Shown piece by piece: positions 40,031 to 51,141 of a stretch of DNA of 64,000 nucleotides (positions within the stretch are counted from its first letter, which is position 1; each line of letters opens with the position of its first letter). A model generated the notes under the pieces. It had not been told where the DNA came from. It was given only the letters and a program-made list of their open reading frames with translations, and did not search any database. A program made the translations under genes and the position numbers. The DNA is from Mesotaenium endlicherianum (taxonomy: Eukaryota): contig WELA01002573.1 in NCBI GenBank assembly GCA_009602735.1, forward strand, positions 1 through 64,000. Reading direction: 5' to 3'.

Positions 40031-40570
40031 TGTAGTGATTTGAGTTATTATATATTAGTTTGCATATATTTTAATATTTTCACATATATTTCTAGTAGTA
40101 TTGTATAAAGTCAAGTGTGAATAGGTACTCTAGTAAATTGGTTCATGTTCTTTGAACCTTCCAAGGCATTTTCGAAGTTAGAGGAAAGACCTAGAAGAAC
40201 TCCATGTGGCAAAAGTCAAATGTGCCATTTTAAGGTCAAAAGGACATGTGTACATTATTCTAGAAAGAGGTGGCAAGTTTTGGGATGTGTTGGGTGCCAA
40301 CACATCAACATACACCTTCCTAGAAATTACTTATGTAGCAAGTATATAAACAAGAGCTAGAACATAGAAAGACATTCCAGAATCACTCTTGTACTTGCCA
40401 AAATCCAGAAATATATTAACTTTCAAGAAGCCATCTCTCTTTCAAGAAGCTACCACTTGTGTTCAAAGATCCTTGTCTTGAATAGATAAAGTATTCTGTT
40501 TTACTAAGTACTTTATCTATCTGTTTCACTACAGTGGTATCGGAGCTAGGCACTTTGGTAGCACAAGAAG

Positions 40571-41851
40571 ATGGCCGATCCTCAAGACCAACAGCAAGCT
40601 TTCGAAGGAAGCCCTTCCTCTCCAAGACACCCTCCTCCAGCGCCGATGGGAGAGCCCACTCAAGAAAATCTGCAACAACAAGAAGCACCACAAGGAGGAG
40701 CACACCCTCCTCCAGCGTCGATGGGAGAGCCTACTCAAGGAAATCTGCAACAACAAGAAGCACCACAAGGAGGAGCACCGTCAAATCCCGTGGCAGCCGC
40801 TATAGCAAAGTTGACCCCACCACAAGGAGTTCCCGCAAATGAGTGGGCAGCCTTCCTAATGACCGTCCACAACCAAGTGGGCTTGGCCACCTATGAAGCA
40901 ACCGTGCAAGCGTCAAGAGAAGCTATGGCTGCCATGGTTGCCCCTATTGCGAGCAATGCTCAAAATCCAGCCCCGGCTCAAGCGCCTCCACAAGAGCCAA
41001 CGAGAGCAAGGAAACTCATCAAGCCCGGCAAACCCGACACTTTCAACCCCGGGAAAGGTGCCAACCTGAATTTATGGCTCTACCAAGTGGAGACGTACCT
41101 CGCGTTCCTTGAAGTACCCGAGGAGGACTACGTTCCCTTTGCCGTTACCTTACTTAGAGGAGCAGCAACATCATGGTGGCGTAACTATCAAGCGGCTATA
41201 TATCAAGCTATGGCGCACCCCATGCTCGGCCAAGAGCCCCCACCATCATATGCAAGATGGGCAGATTTTCGTGAGGCCCTCAAGAAGCAATTCATGCCCA
41301 TCAATGCGGAGAAGATTGCCCGAGGAAAGCTCCACCATCTCAAGCAAACGACGTCCGTTCAAGAGTATACATCCAGATTTCACGCCCTCACTCTTGAGAT
41401 CCCCAACATGTCTCTCGAGGAGAAGATTGACCGTTACATCTTTGGCCTCAAACCCAAGGTGGCAAAGGAAGTGGAGTTACGCGACTTGACGGACTTCTCA
41501 AAGATCATTGAAGTGGCCCAAAAGGTGGATACCTTGGATTTCAAGCACTCCGTGCCTTCATCTTCACGGGTACCGACGACGCGGGTGTACGCAGCCCCTT
41601 CCACATCCGAATCTGGACCCACACCCATGGAAATCGGAGTTATTAAAAGGGACCCCGCGGCTGCCCGGAAGAGTGGAAGACCCTCCAATGACACTTATGA
41701 TGCAAGAAACCAGCAAGGAGTGAAAGCAAGACTCTCCCCGGCTGAAAAAGAAGCTCTCATGACGGCTGGACTATGCTTCTATTGCAAGGAAAAGGGCCAT
41801 CGTGCACTTTCATGCCCCAAAAAGTTGTCAAAAAACGGACAGCGCCGGTAG
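40571..41851 (+). CDS. gag: Element C Gag (open, 426 aa) with CCHC zinc knuckle
   Basis: Retrotransposon gag core ([27 protein letters not shown]), [23 protein letters not shown]; starts 25 nt after the PBS. Confidence 0.9.
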   Translation: MADPQDQQQAFEGSPSSPRHPPPAPMGEPTQENLQQQEAPQGGAHPPPASMGEPTQGNLQQQEAPQGGAPSNPVAAAIAKLTPPQGVPANEWAAFLMTVHNQVGLATYEATVQASREAMAAMVAPIASNAQNPAPAQAPPQEPTRARKLIKPGKPDTFNPGKGANLNLWLYQVETYLAFLEVPEEDYVPFAVTLLRGAATSWWRNYQAAIYQAMAHPMLGQEPPPSYARWADFREALKKQFMPINAEKIARGKLHHLKQTTSVQEYTSRFHALTLEIPNMSLEEKIDRYIFGLKPKVAKEVELRDLTDFSKIIEVAQKVDTLDFKHSVPSSSRVPTTRVYAAPSTSESGPTPMEIGVIKRDPAAARKSGRPSNDTYDARNQQGVKARLSPAEKEALMTAGLCFYCKEKGHRALSCPKKLSKNGQRR

Positions 41852-44800
41852 GCCAGGAGCCTACCACCCCAAGACCCACTTCACGAGAAGGCAACACGCC
41901 AAGTGAGGTGGAGACCCCCGTTGAAGACGACGTTCCAGCCCCAATGAGTTTGAGAGGTTACCTTGGAGGAGAGAAGGTCCACATCTTGGTGGATAGCGGA
42001 GCTCAAGGCAACTTCATTGCTGCAGATTTTGCCACCAAGCACGGTATTACTATGCGAACTCTTGACCACGACGAGGAGATTATGATGCCCGATGGATTCT
42101 CCTATACTACCCCTTCCAAGAAGACGTACCCCTTGGCACTCTCTATCAAGTCCTTCAAGGATAGAGTAGTGTTCTCCCCCATGCAATTGGGCAAGTACGA
42201 CGTCATCCTAGGGACGCCTTGGTTGACCAAGCACAACCCCCAAGTTGATTGGAGGACCGGTACTATCAAGATCAAGAATGACATCACTTCAAGAATCTGT
42301 ATTTTGCGCGCAATCCAGAATATCCAGACCCAAGACATCCAGAAGCCGGCACACGAGATACTATTGTCCGCCCTCCAACTCAAGAGACTTGTGAGGAAGG
42401 GACACGAGCTTCTTTTGGCCTTGATCACGCCAAAAGACATCAAGAAAGACATCGAGAGTCAAGAAGGCAGCCCCGTTCCCAAGGAGATACAAGAAGTCTT
42501 TGAGGACTACAAAGAAGTGTTCTCCCCGGAATTGCCCAAGGGCCTACCCCCCAAAAGATTCGTAGACCACAAGATAGAGTTGGAGCCCGGAAGCAAGCCC
42601 ATCTCTCGGCCTACGTTCAAAATGTCATACACGGAGCTAGACGAAGTCAAGAAGCAAATCAAGGAGCTACTGGAGCATGGCTTCATTCGACCTAGCAAGT
42701 CGCCATTTGGAGCCCCGGTGCTATTTGTCAAGAAGAAAGATGGTACCTTGAGGATGTGTGTGGACTATCGCGCCCTCAACAAGATCACCATCAAGAATCG
42801 ATACCCGCTGCCGCGCATGGATGAGCTCATGGACCGGCTGGTTGGAGCCAAGTACTTCACGAAGATTGACTTACGGAGCGGCTACCACCAGATTCGCATC
42901 GCAGAACCGGACATAGAGAAAACGGCATTCAGGACAAGATATGGACATTTTGAGTTCATGGTCCTGCCATTTGGACTCACCAACGCGCCAGCAACTTTCA
43001 TGACTATGATGAACACCATATTTCAACCCATGTTGGACAAATTTGTGGTGGTATTCATCGATGACATCCTTATCTACAGCAAGACCCTTGAAGAGCATGC
43101 GAGACACTTGAAAGAAGTCCTTGAAGTATTGAAGCAAAACAAGCTATTTGCGAAGGAGTCAAAGTGCGAGTTTGCCAAACAAGAAGTGGAGTTCCTAGGT
43201 CTCCACGTGACTGCTGATGGCATCAAGATGGACCCCAAGAAGACCATGGTGGTGGAGGAATGGCCAACTCCCACGACCAAGAAGAACTCCAATCGTTCTT
43301 GGGATTTGCCAACTGGTACAGGAGATTCATCCAGAGCTTCTCGCACATAGCAGCCTCTCTCACGGATCTACTGAAGAAAGACAAGCCATATGTTTGGAAG
43401 AAGAAAGAGGAGGAAGCATTCCAATAATTGAAGCAAAGATTGACGACATCCCCGGTGCTCACACTCCCAAGTCCAAACCCAGATTGGCCCTTCCACGTCA
43501 TCACCGATGCATCTTCCTGTGCAATAGAAGCAATCCTGTTTCAAGACCAGGGCAAGGGACTGCAGCCCATTTGCCTACGAGTCAAGGAAGCTAAATTCAG
43601 CCGAGCAAGATTATACAACCACGGAGCGAGAGGCCTTGGCTATTGTACATGCCTTGAAGGTTTGGCGCTGCTACGTTGAAGGATGCAAGGTGCTGGTCAC
43701 TACGGACCACGAGGCGTTGAAGCACCTCCAGACGCAGCCGTATCTCTCAAGGAGACAAGCAAGATGGAGTGGATACTTGCAACAATACAACATCATGATT
43801 CAGTACCAGCCCGGCAAAACAAGCCCGGCTGACCCCCTCTCAAGATTGCACTTAAACGCAGTGATGACAACCCTGAAGACTAATCTGAAAGCTCGATTTT
43901 CAGCCGCCTATGAAAGAGACCCTTACTAAAAGAACGGAGAAGCAGCCTTGGACCCACACAAGAAGCAAGAAGGCAATTATAAAGTGAGGCAAGATACGGG
44001 TCAAAGATGTATTCTTGATGACTTAGACCTCCGGCTCTTGCTTCTACGAGAAGCACACGACAACCCTCTTGGAGGACACTTTGGAATCCTAAGGACCACG
44101 GGCGTTCTAGCCAGGACTTATTGTTGGCCAGGCATGTCTAAGCAAGTCAAGGAGTACTACAGGTGTAGGGATTTCAATTATACTATATTAGTATGCATAT
44201 ATTTTAATACTTTTGAATATATTTGGAGTAGTATTGTGTGTAGTCAAGAATGAATAGATACTCTAGTGACTTAGTTCATGTCCTTTGAACCTTCCAAGGC
44301 ATTTTTGAAGTTAGAGGAAGGACCTAGAAGAACTCCATGTGGCAAAAGCCAAATGTGTCATTTTTTGGTCAAAGGGACATATATACATTATTCTAAAAAG
44401 AGGTGGCAAGTTTCGGGATGTGTTGGGTTCCAACACATCAACATACACCTTCCTATAAATTACTTATGTAGCAAGTATATAAACAAGAGCTAGAACATAG
44501 AAAGACATTCCAGAATCACTCTTGTACGTACCAAATTCCAGAAATACATTAACTTTCAAGAAGCCATCTCTCTTTCAAGAAGCTACCACTTGTGTTCAAA
44601 GATCCTTGTCTTGAATAGATAAAGTATTCTATTTTACTAAGTATTTTATCTATCTGTTCCACTACAGCAAGAGCTGTGACACATGCCAAAGAGTCGCGCC
44701 ATCATCACAAAAGGCGGGAGGACTTCTCCAACCACTACCAATCTCCGAAAGACAATAGACGGACATCTTGATGGACCTTATCGTGGACCTGCCCGTGACA

Positions 44801-45790
44801 CCTCGAGGCCATAATGCAATACTCACGGTGGTGGACAGACTTACTAAGATGGCTCATTTTAATCCCACGACGACTAAGGCTACAACACCACAACTTGCAA
44901 GACTCATCTTTGACAACATATTCCGACTCCATGAACTACCATCAAGAATTGTGTCGGATAGAGATCCAAGATTCACAAGCCATTTCTGGAAAAATCTCTT
45001 CAAGAACTTGGGTACATCGCTGGATATGTCCACTGCCTATCACCCGCAATCAGATGGGAAAATTGAGCGTATGAATTGTACCCTAAAGACCTCTAAAGGC
45101 CTACGTGTCTACTCTGGAGCACGATTGGGACATGTACTTGACCCCCCTGGAGTTTGCCTACAACAACACGACGCAGGCCTCTACCCAAAAGTCCCTATTC
45201 TTCCTCAACTATGGCTTCCATCCAACCACGCCGCTGAGCTTCACGGCAGGCCATGATGAAGTACCTGCAGCAACAGAATTTATAGAGACGTTAGATGCAG
45301 CCGTTACAACAGCGAGAAAAGCTCTATAACACGCGCAATATGCTCAAGCAAGAGTCGCAAACAGGTCCAGAAGAGAAATTACGTACAGATTCGGTGACAA
45401 CATGTTACTATCATCCAAGAATATTCCCTGAACAACAAGCCTGCCGGCAGCAAGTTCTCTCCCAAGTATTTGGGACCCTTCAAGATTATCCAGCAAGTCA
45501 ACCCCGTTGCTTTCAAGCTAGAACTTCCCCCGACTATGTACATCGACCCTGTATTCCACGCTTCCCTCTTCAAGCCATATGTGCAACCCGACAACAAGTT
45601 CCCAGGACGAGTGACAACCCCATCAGCCCCAACAATAGTGGATGATCATTTGGAGTACGAAGTGGAAGACATAGTGGCTATGAGAAATTTCAGGAGACAG
45701 CAGCAATACTTGATCAAGTGAAAAGGATATCCAGATTCTGAGAATAGTTGGGTGGCGGCGCACTACCTTGACAAAGTTCAGAGAAAGCTG
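41830..45790 (+). pseudogene. pol: Element C Pol (PR-RT-RH-INT-chromo), frameshifted and interrupted
   Basis: Open to about 43285, then frameshifts and stops; integrase zinc finger interrupted at 44164-44666. Confidence 0.9.
44164..44666 (+). mobile_element. Solo LTR of family C inserted into element C integrase
   Basis: 503-bp TG..CA copy of 40031-40533 with no PPT before it and no PBS after it. Flanks are ACAGG/GCAAG, and removing it restores VKEYCKSCDTCQR. Confidence 0.88.
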
Positions 45791-46339
45791 ACACGCTTCC
45801 ATGCCGCCAACCCCCATCTTGGAACAGCCCCAAGTCTCTCTACTAGAAGCCCAAAGACTTCAGGGAGGCAGCCTGCCACCATCAAGAAGCAGCAGAAGAC
45901 CCCTTGGAGGCAGCCTGCAAGAACCACAAAGAGGAAAAAATGACATTAGACACTTTTCTCTTCTCGCAGTTTCTGGACAGAAAACTTAAACTTATATTGG
46001 TGATAGGTCTCTGCATAATAAATTTTGAAGATTTACTTAGCTGTATTCCATGAGTAGCCGGTCATTTAAAATTCAAGTTTGCTCAATTTGGAGCACTGGT
46101 GAGCGAGATATGATGCTTTGAGTAGAAGGGGGTCAGGCTGCTCGCATTATTAGGGCAGAATATGCCTTCTGACATTGTGCCCTCTCTTGAACTTGGAATG
46201 CTCGAAAACTCAAGACTCTGGTAGTACATTTTACAGCGCCCATTTAGAGACTTACGATTTAAGCAGCCACCCAAGAGATATGGGTTGCGACGTCACCTAG
46301 ACCTGCATGTTAGCCAAAAGGTTAAGCCACCCGGGTGAT

Positions 46340-47163
46340 AAACTCGAGGAATGCATGCATGCGTTGTTAAAAGGTTGTGACGCAGCATGGGGACTCTCGA
46401 GAGAAAGATGCCTGCATGCATGTGCCTGGATAAGGCACGAGCAGTGCACGCGCTTACCTTATTCTCGCCGCACACATTTTGCCAAGAAGCAGAAGGAGAG
46501 CAGGAGAAAGAAGAGAAGAGGAAGAGAAGGGCGCGAAGGAGAAGGAGTTCCCAAGGCCATAGGAGAGCCAAAGAGACACGCTCCAACCGACGCACTGAGA
46601 TTCCCTCTCTTGGTGTATTATAGACAGGTTAAATCGACAAGTTCCCAAGAGGGATCTCGCTACTAGAAAGTAGAGAGCTTCTAGAATAGAATTGCTAGGA
46701 TTTCTAGCGCAGAATTGGATCAAACGCCACAAGCGTGCTAAAGCACATAAAATGGTGAGAGCTATCTTAGTTTCCAAGTTCTCAGAAGTCTCTATTGTCA
46801 AATTGCTGATAGCAAGAGCAGAGTGAATCGGCAAAGCTCTCAGTAAAGAACTGAGTGAGCCTAGTCAATAGTGTGAACTGCTACGGCGCGGTGTAGGGCA
46901 AAGAGCTCAAACCAGGCCATAGTTGCAGAGTTTAATAAGCTGTCTTTATAAAGTTAAGCGAAAGCCTTGGTGGGCGATTTTCTCTATACTTGGTGTTGTG
47001 TGTGTTCATCTGCTTAGACGTGATTTCTGCAAATTACAAATTTGTTCACTTGGTTAAATCTTCAGCGTGGGCGAAAGCCTATTTGGAAGTAAGGTGCTTC
47101 CGTCCTACTTCTGAGAACTTCAATTGATTGATTCAGGTGAACACGAGTTCCCAAGCAAATCGG
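46340..47163 (+). mobile_element. Diverged second copy of the element E leader/LTR-like region
   Basis: Collinear with about 51580-52420 (GCATGCATGC, AGAAGGAGTTCCCAAGGCCATAG, AGAAAGTAGAGAGCT, GTTCTCAGAAGTCTC, CTACTTCTGAGAACTT, TTCAGGTGAACA). Confidence 0.8.
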
Positions 47164-47904
47164 TGAAATAAATCGACTTACCAATAGGCAATTAACAGTC
47201 AATAAAGATCTTTATATTAGCGAGTAATCTTTATGGCATTTTATGTTGGCTGACTAAACAGAAAAAGACAAACGTACTAGCGGTGGACAATACTCGCAAG
47301 TCAAATGCAAGTAAACGCGCATCAATAATGCACTCAGTAAAATTATACATAAGCAAGGCTAGAAGACAGTGCGTACCAATGGCTTCTCGCCTTGGATTCA
47401 GATATCTCTCATTAAGCAGTACAAGAGAGCTGGTCTCGTTTTCAAATCTGAACTCGAGAGCAATCGTAGCATATGTACATGCAATGAGTTTACTGTTCAA
47501 CGGCAAGTGCGATGGCACCGCCTACCCGGGAGTTAACCACGTTGGTAAGACATCGGCTAAACAAATCCACAGCCATCTTCCATCATCTCGAATCGCACCC
47601 ATCGAGTGTCATCTGGCCACTCGTCTAGCACACCACACTTAGATGCATAGCTAGGCAGTTCGCTGCTGCCGAGTACGGCAGCCAGCTGACTGTCAAAGAA
47701 TGTGTCAGCAAGCTGACACAAGCCAACAGGCTGACCTAATGGACTTCAGCCTGCTGCTCTTGGCTGAGTCATTTAACTAAGTATTAAGTATTTAGCAATA
47801 TAAATACAGCGGACTATGTATTAACTAAAGTTCAGCGAGCTGAACTTATTTAACTATCATATCTAAATGAACATTATATCTATCCAATATACTGATTCAT
47901 TGCA
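47164..47904 (-). mobile_element. Family D LTR (reverse orientation), probably a 3' LTR
   Basis: Reverse-complement match to 61488-62170. Minus-strand purine tract TTGGAGGGAT lies immediately upstream (47914-47905), and the flanks ATCGG/ATCCC are not a clean TSD. Confidence 0.85.
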
Positions 47905-48027
47905 ATCCCTCCAATTTAAATCGTTGTCCACTCGACAACAATTCTATTATCATTTACAAGAAAGTAACACACATGCAACACAACCAACTGAATCTATAAA
48001 GACAACAGCAAACTAAGTACCAGGGGC

Positions 48028-48618
48028 TCAGTCTTCTGGGGAGCAAGACCTGGAACCGAATCTACTTCTCCGGTCTGATGGTCTCCTGAAACCTGGAGGC
48101 TCAGGCCAGGGTGAATCAGGGGGTGAACGCAGCAACTGGTCAGCCTGCTCTTGCACTGTCTGCAAGTTGATGGAGATCGCTCTCTCCTGTGCAGCTCTCA
48201 AACTGACAAGGACATACACTGGCATATCGGAAGGGTGCTGCATGACATGGGCTAGGAGTACATGCCCTCTATGAGAGGGGGATGCTAGCTGCTCTCTGGC
48301 TGCCTCTTTGGCAGCCCTTCTGTCTAATCTGTCTGACTGAGTCTCACCTCCTAGGGTGGGACTCCTCCTGTTGAAACTCTCCAGCCACTAAAGATCTGGA
48401 TCTCTTGGTGGGCTGGTAAACTGCTGCAAGGCTGCCTCTGTCAAGGACCTTCCAATCTGCTGCAGAGTGGGGGATGTAGCAGGAGTCTGTGCCTCAGCAA
48501 GGCTAGACTCCTCTCCGGCGCCTACCTCCTTTTCGTCCTCCTGTTCCTCTGTGACTTCTGGAGTCTCTCTGGTCATCTCGTTGTAACAATTTGAGCTTTT
48601 TAGGCGTATTTTGGTCAT
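48028..48618 (-). pseudogene. Decayed ORF of unknown function (one internal stop)
   Basis: ORFs 48388-48618 and 48028-48243 share a frame and read through a single TAG at 48388-48390; acidic and Pro/Ser/Arg-rich; no family recognised. Confidence 0.4.
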
Positions 48619-49013
48619 TTTCCCAAATTACCTAAAATACGTTATACTATTTATCATTCATTATTTGATAAATGATTGCATCACCTTCAATTATTCGTCA
48701 CACACGTGTGCCGATTAATTCCCGGTCGATTGGCGAAACGACCGAGATACTATTGCAAAAAGCGTCGTAACGTAATTTGACTACTTTGCAAAAGTACGAC
48801 ATAATTATTCATAAAGCTACTTTGATTAAATTATGAGATGATACCTTAATTAATCATTATTTGATTAAGTTATTTTGATTGTCATTATTTCGAATAATGC
48901 ACAGTCACAGACTTCGGATTTACGACCAGTCGTTAATACGAACAAACAGTCGTATCATTAATACGAACAAACAGTCGTAATAGTCGGACGAAACGAAAAA
49001 TGCAAAGTCGCTT

Positions 49014-49085
49014 TGCATCCGAGCGGATTCGAACCCGCGACTTGTCGTTTGAAACGTTCACACCTAATCGATTGGCCAAGGTAGC
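49014..49085 (-). pseudogene. tRNA-like sequence (degenerate, Arg-like) / Pol III type 2 promoter
   Basis: 72 nt GCTACCTTGGCCAATCGATTAGGTGTGAACGTTTCAAACGACAAGTCGCGGGTTCGAATCCGCTCGGATGCA: A-box-like TGGCCAATCGA, B box GGTTCGAATCC, imperfect cloverleaf, T5 run about 14 nt downstream. Confidence 0.6.
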
Positions 49086-49470
49086 TTTTTAAACTACCGG
49101 TTCATGACGAAAGCATGTGTACGCGACTCCGCGAGCAGTCGCGACTTTTTGGAAAGTCGAGAGAACGCAAAAACGCCCGTTTGGCGCGAAACGGCTTTTT
49201 GGAAACCGTCGAAAAGTCTCCAAACGGCCAAACGGCGCGTTTCGAGCATTCAGCCGAAATGGGTCGTACCCTTTCGCCTGATTTTGTTGACATGAACCAG
49301 TACCCTAGGCGGTGACTCGAAGCACTCCAGTGCCTCACGTTGTGCAGGTATAAATACCTGTATAGTCATTGTGAGTGCAACTCTCACAAGCACACATTCT
49401 ACGTTAGTTTTCATTTTTGCTTTCTCGAGGATTTGTCAATTTGCACAAGTATATAGATTTTCTTTCCACT

Positions 49471-50660
49471 TCAATTAAATATTCCTTGAATACCGAGAAA
49501 AAGATCCTCTCGAAAAGCAAAAACGTTACACTCGTCCAGCCGTTCCCGAGAAAAAGAGTATCCCACTGACCTCCCCCTTTTGGGTGCAAGTGGGGGTTGC
49601 TGGGTCCTGATCGCATACAGGTCTTTCTCCCCTTGCTTACTTGCCCATTTGGCATAAGCATGCTTCCCCTTAAAGAAAGAATCTCTAGCCCTGGTCCTAT
49701 CCTTTTGTGTCTCTTGAGTCATGCAGTCCCTGACTCCATCCAGCCTTGGGTCCCATGCTGCAATGTGAGGTGGCAGCACTATCTTCCCCTGCAAATCTGC
49801 CAAGAAATCGTCTTCCTCAGCTCTGTCATTTTGCTGGTCCATCATAGTGATGGTCATCCAGCGCCAGTCAGTGGGCCGTAGAAAGAAAGCAGAATTCGTC
49901 CTCTTCGAAGTACAGGGTACCAATGACCTGAGAAATCCAACTGGCTGGTCTCCCTTGCCAAGAACTCCCAACTTCTTCTCTCCACCTCGTTATACATGGC
50001 CTTGAACCGATTGTGGGAAGTGGTATCCTTGAAGCTGTTTGTATACATAAGGATCAACCTGATGACCTTGTCTGCACTCCATATCCCAGGTATTGGCATC
50101 GTTTCAGATTCACCTATCTGGGCCAATGCTTTGGCCTTCCGGATTGTATATTCCACCATCCTGGCATAGTCATGGTACAGTAGAAGCTTTGTGCTGACCT
50201 CTATGTACTCGTCAAAACCTTGGGCTGTCACCCCTTCCCGCTACAGTATGTTCCTTTGTGATTTACTTCGATTCCTCTGGGGGTACTTGAAGGCCTCCTC
50301 CAAAAGGTCAAAGTCCTTGCCCAGCACCGTGTAGCGGTAGCTTTTGGTTCTCCTCTGTTCCTCCCAAGCCTGCTGCTTCTGTCTCTCCTCAACCAACCTT
50401 TGTTCCTCCGTCTTCTTGGCTTCCTCTGCAGCTTTTTTGTCCTACTCCTCCTGTCTCAACCTGGCTTGTTCTTCCTCCTCCTTCCTCTTCTGAGCCTCCC
50501 GCTGTAGTCGGAGTCGCTTTGATTTTTGAGAAGAGATGGAGGATGATTTGATGTCGCCATGGAACTTCTTGTACTCCGCCTGTGTCTCATTCGCCCTTTG
50601 TTCCTCTTGAGTTCAGACAATTGAGTCATCTTGCTCATTAATACCGTTAGTGTAGCCATG
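49471..50660 (-). pseudogene. Decayed ORF of unknown function (~390 codons, frameshifted)
   Basis: Overlapping minus-strand ORFs 50456-50818, 49854-50231 and 49471-49971 with protein-like composition (charged N-terminal part, then a W/Y/H-containing globular part); no family recognised. Confidence 0.5.
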
Positions 50661-51111
50661 AAATCATGCACAGGATTGAGTACTTTGACAGGGAAGAACG
50701 TAGTTGAGGGAGTTAGGGCGTGCACTACCTGGTGTAAGTAAATTGAATGTGCGAGTGTGCTTGAGAGAGAAGTGAGTGTGAGCGCAGTTGAGTGTCGAGG
50801 ATGAATATGCAACGGCAATCGGGAATTGGCTAGTTTTCGAGATGTTTATCCCACTCCCTCCAACTTAATGTTTAAGGTGGGTTGCCTGTTTCAATTGTCA
50901 CTGGGCTGCCTGTCCGAACTGTCACTCACTGTCAACTAATACTGTCACTTTAGGCCACGTTTGGCCACATTTCCCCTCCAACTTAAATGGAGACAAGACC
51001 TCTTGTCACCTTCCCATGTCAATTGAAATGACAGTTAGGAAGGGTCCCAGCCTCCCGAAGGTAAAACCGTTTCAACGCCCCTTTGGCATTGGTCAAATAG
51101 TTCTTAAATTT

Positions 51112-51141
51112 TGAAATGAATCGACTTACCAAATAGGCGAC
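51112..51141 (-). mobile_element. Terminal fragment of a family D LTR
   Basis: TGAAATGAATCGACTTACCAAATAGGCGA is the reverse complement of the LTR end at 62142-62170. Confidence 0.75.

Larger units (their letters stand above)
40031..45943 (+). mobile_element. Element C: Ty3/Gypsy chromovirus, 5' LTR plus gag-pol; no 3' LTR or PPT seen
   Basis: 503-bp LTR at 40031-40533 (TGTAGTG..CACTACA); PBS TGGTATCGGAGC at 40535; gag 40571-41851; pol from about 41830 with LVDSGA and FIDDILI; integrase split by a solo LTR; chromodomain EYEVEDIV..YLIK*KGYPDSENSW at about 45650-45760. Confidence 0.92.

Noticed and set aside
40031..44666. Complete LTR element bounded by the two 503-bp LTRs
   Set aside because: No PPT before the second LTR, the outer flanks do not match (CATTG vs GCAAG), and integrase continues in register after it.
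49014..49085. Functional selenocysteine or opal-suppressor tRNA reading through TE stops
   Set aside because: Broken acceptor stem, no long variable arm, and TE stops include TAG/TAA and frameshifts; decay of an Arg-like tRNA is simpler.
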